Origin: Paramoeba atlantica
Lineage: Eukaryota; Protista; Discosea
Assembly (NCBI GenBank): GCA_977017575.1
Contig: CDRNVI010000008.1
Location: 62,001-126,000 of the forward strand
DNA: 64,000 nucleotides
Direction: 5' to 3'
Under the pieces are notes generated by a model. The model did not search any database, was not told the DNA's origin, and saw only the letters and a program-made list of their open reading frames with translations. Shown here one piece after another: positions 62,450-64,000 of this stretch (positions are counted from its first letter, which is position 1; every line of letters begins with the position of its first letter). The position numbers and the translations under genes are program-made.

Positions 62450-64000
62450 ATGGATGGCGTACCTGTTTCTCGCAATACTTCTGGAGCCCCTAGCCCACCT
62501 CCAGCTTCGGATGCATGTGCCGAACTCGTTGAACTCTGGGAAGATTACTTTCGCTTATCAAAGTCCGTGTCTTCGTCAAATTTGCATGTAGCAAAGCATC
62601 AAACATGTGCCGAGGAGGCAACATACTATTCTCTAATGTCGGAATTACTTCGACGTGCTGTTCAACACTCTCCTTTTTTGTGCGAAGCAGCAGGTCGTCA
62701 AGTGCTGCGCTCACCAGACTGGGAGCTTTCGGTCATTGGAATGCCTCCTGTTTCATACACCTCTATTTTAAAGAGTTCATGTGTCGGGCAATTAACTACC
62801 TTACGTGGTGTGGTCAATTCTTCCAGTACGGTAATTCCTCTGCTTTACTCCATGAATTTTATCTGCGATTCCTGCGGTCAGCTTGTGCACCAAATCATGC
62901 CACAACTTGGAGTTTTCAACTACCCGACCCCGCAATCTAGTGAGACGAGTAGTAGAGAGCCTTTGACTAGAGGGTCAGACTCGAATGCAACGCCCAATGT
63001 AGCAATATGTGCGTGCACTAAAAAATCATCAAATAATTTCAGTTTTAGTCGACGCAGCACATACACTCCTCTATTTGACCAAGCGGAATACGTGGATGCT
63101 CAAATTTTGTGCTTGCAGGAACGAGGATCAGGTGATTCGTTTCGAGGAGAACGTGAAGGAGCTAATATGCACCTAGAGAGCGAAGCCCAACATCGTGAGG
63201 GTTCAATCTCTTCCATTGAGGTAGTTCTTGTAAAACATGAAAGATTTTTTAATATTGCGCAACCAGGGGATATCGTTACGGTTAATGGAATTCTTTCTGT
63301 GGGTACTTCCTCTACCGATGCTCTGCGGCGAAGTGGCGGAGATAAGGCGAAATATCGAAAGCAGGGAGGTACAACTGGAGGTCTGAAATCTCTAGTGCTC
63401 ATGGCGCGCCACATTACCCTTGAGGAAAACATTGCGAATGAATCAGACTTGGAGGGTAGTTCAGAGACGGATATAAAGGATGTATCCAAAGCGAGACAAG
63501 GAATGAACTTCAAGTCCGAAAATAGAGCAAAACTGTTCTTGAATAAGCTAAAAGCGGTAAGGAACTCAGGCATCGAAGTTGACCTTATTCCGACTCTTCT
63601 TTCTTCATTTTGCTCTTCGATATTAGGTCATGAAACCGTGAAACTTGGAATTTTGTTGTGTGCAGTCGCAGGGCATAGCTCAGAAGAAAATACTATTGAA
63701 CATCCCCATGCTGAAGGAAATGGTGGTCTCGAAAAAGAAGCGAGCTCAAAAAATCCACCTAATCTAGCTCATTATGATTGTGAAGCATTTCGTGCGCCTC
63801 TTCAGCGCGTTAAGACGGTTCATCTTCTTGTGTTGGGGCCAGCTGGAGTTGGCAAATCTCATTTGCTACAGGAAGCGGCCACACTTCTCCCTCATAGCGT
63901 TTTTGCATGTGGACCAACTGCCTCGAATACTGGATTGGGTGTAGCGTGGTCCCGCTCTGGTTCCGAGTCATACGGGTCCGGGGTTTCACTTCAAGGAGGA
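62450..64000 (+). CDS. Divergent MCM-family helicase (MCM8/9-like), runs off the window end and is missing from the ORF track
   Basis: Hand translation from ATG 62450 gives VGQLTTLRGVV, FICDSCG, YVDAQILCLQE, PGDIVTVNGIL, SILGHETVKLGILL and HLLVLGPAGVGKSHLL (Walker A). Confidence 0.8.
   Translation, partial: MDGVPVSRNTSGAPSPPPASDACAELVELWEDYFRLSKSVSSSNLHVAKHQTCAEEATYYSLMSELLRRAVQHSPFLCEAAGRQVLRSPDWELSVIGMPPVSYTSILKSSCVGQLTTLRGVVNSSSTVIPLLYSMNFICDSCGQLVHQIMPQLGVFNYPTPQSSETSSREPLTRGSDSNATPNVAICACTKKSSNNFSFSRRSTYTPLFDQAEYVDAQILCLQERGSGDSFRGEREGANMHLESEAQHREGSISSIEVVLVKHERFFNIAQPGDIVTVNGILSVGTSSTDALRRSGGDKAKYRKQGGTTGGLKSLVLMARHITLEENIANESDLEGSSETDIKDVSKARQGMNFKSENRAKLFLNKLKAVRNSGIEVDLIPTLLSSFCSSILGHETVKLGILLCAVAGHSSEENTIEHPHAEGNGGLEKEASSKNPPNLAHYDCEAFRAPLQRVKTVHLLVLGPAGVGKSHLLQEAATLLPHSVFACGPTASNTGLGVAWSRSGSESYGSGVSLQGG

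Noticed and set aside
63100-63573. Minus-strand 157-aa ORF
   Set aside because: Antisense shadow of the + strand MCM-like gene.
1-64000. rRNA, tRNA or spliced-leader RNA genes
   Set aside because: No conserved rRNA segments, cloverleaf with T-loop, or SL exon were recognised by eye. tRNAscan-SE or Infernal would be decisive.

Overview
Intron-less eukaryotic DNA in which every host gene I could identify lies on the + strand, as one polycistron-like cluster. That layout, a cdc2-like kinase with the kinetoplastid PQTALRE box and a kinetoplastid-type peptide deformylase point to a kinetoplastid; a Perkinsela-like/prokinetoplastid assignment is inference only. Housekeeping genes: RPL32, SUB2/UAP56, MGMT, CRK3, NSF, ECO1, a SpoU-like methyltransferase, GET3, ENY2, NFS1, RRP12, ACBP, CysRS, PDF, COQ4 and an MCM8/9-like helicase. 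They are interspersed with four LRR genes, two near-identical GPI-anchor-type surface protein genes and dense mobile-element islands. The islands hold an intact Merlin transposon (70-bp TIRs, 8-bp TSD), a hAT-like element, TA-flanked MITEs, foldback elements, and decayed TATE/VIPER-like RT, CRE/SLACS-like, 2A-like and Ulp1-protease remnants. The strongest unexplained signal is a recurring strand-symmetric domain about 1 kb long, a C-rich block followed by a G-rich block, lying inside coding genes. It rewrites synonymous sites and, in weakly constrained proteins, amino acids and apparently catalytic motifs. A ~1240-codon helical-repeat ORF is split by a single in-frame TAA. No rRNA, tRNA, SL RNA or CRISPR array was recognised.
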